Of a stretch of DNA of 64,000 nt, positions 63,909 to 64,000 are shown in pieces. Below the pieces are notes generated by a model. The model was given only the letters and a program-made list of their open reading frames with translations. It ran no database searches and was not told where the DNA came from. The DNA is from Octopus sinensis. Taxonomy: Eukaryota. The stretch spans positions 32,066,464 to 32,130,463 of the forward strand of contig NC_043011.1 of NCBI RefSeq assembly GCF_006345805.1, written 5' to 3'. The position numbers and the translations under genes are program-made. How positions within the stretch are numbered: position 1 is the first letter of the stretch; every line of letters starts with the position of its first letter.

Positions 63909-64000
63909 TATGTATGTGTGTATGTATAGATTGTTTGACGTGGTGTACAAATTTTATATATTCTTTTCTACTCTAGGTACAAGGCCTGAAATTATTGGGG

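Overview
AT-rich, repeat-dense animal genomic DNA. The SINE, RTE-LINE and microsatellite landscape looks like an octopus (inference; no database was consulted). One protein-coding gene is fully reconstructable: the AP-1 clathrin adaptor medium subunit (mu1, AP1M1 orthologue) on the minus strand. It has 10 coding exons from 31139 down to 10585 with canonical GT-AG introns, totalling 1269 nt (422 aa + stop). A probable non-coding first exon lies further upstream and a long TE-free 3' region lies downstream. The rest is transposon debris: several tRNA-derived SINE families, a five-unit tandem SINE array, RTE-type LINE fragments, a Penelope-like RT relic, mariner and pogo transposase relics, piggyBac-, hAT- and Merlin-like MITEs or foldbacks, and non-autonomous Helitrons. 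The short ORFs in the supplied track are almost all spurious. The most interesting signal is a set of minimal type-I hammerhead ribozyme motifs from three unrelated repeat contexts. One has an intact core and lies sense in AP1M1 intron 9. One carries a compensatory U3:A8 core pair. Two form an inverted pair, one of them in the tail of a tRNA-headed SINE, inside a single TSD-flanked insertion. Spacerless palindromes abutting (TA)n tracts and a Penelope RT relic also occur here, which suggests a Penelope-dependent family of ribozyme-carrying short retroelements. Catalytic activity and novelty are untested.
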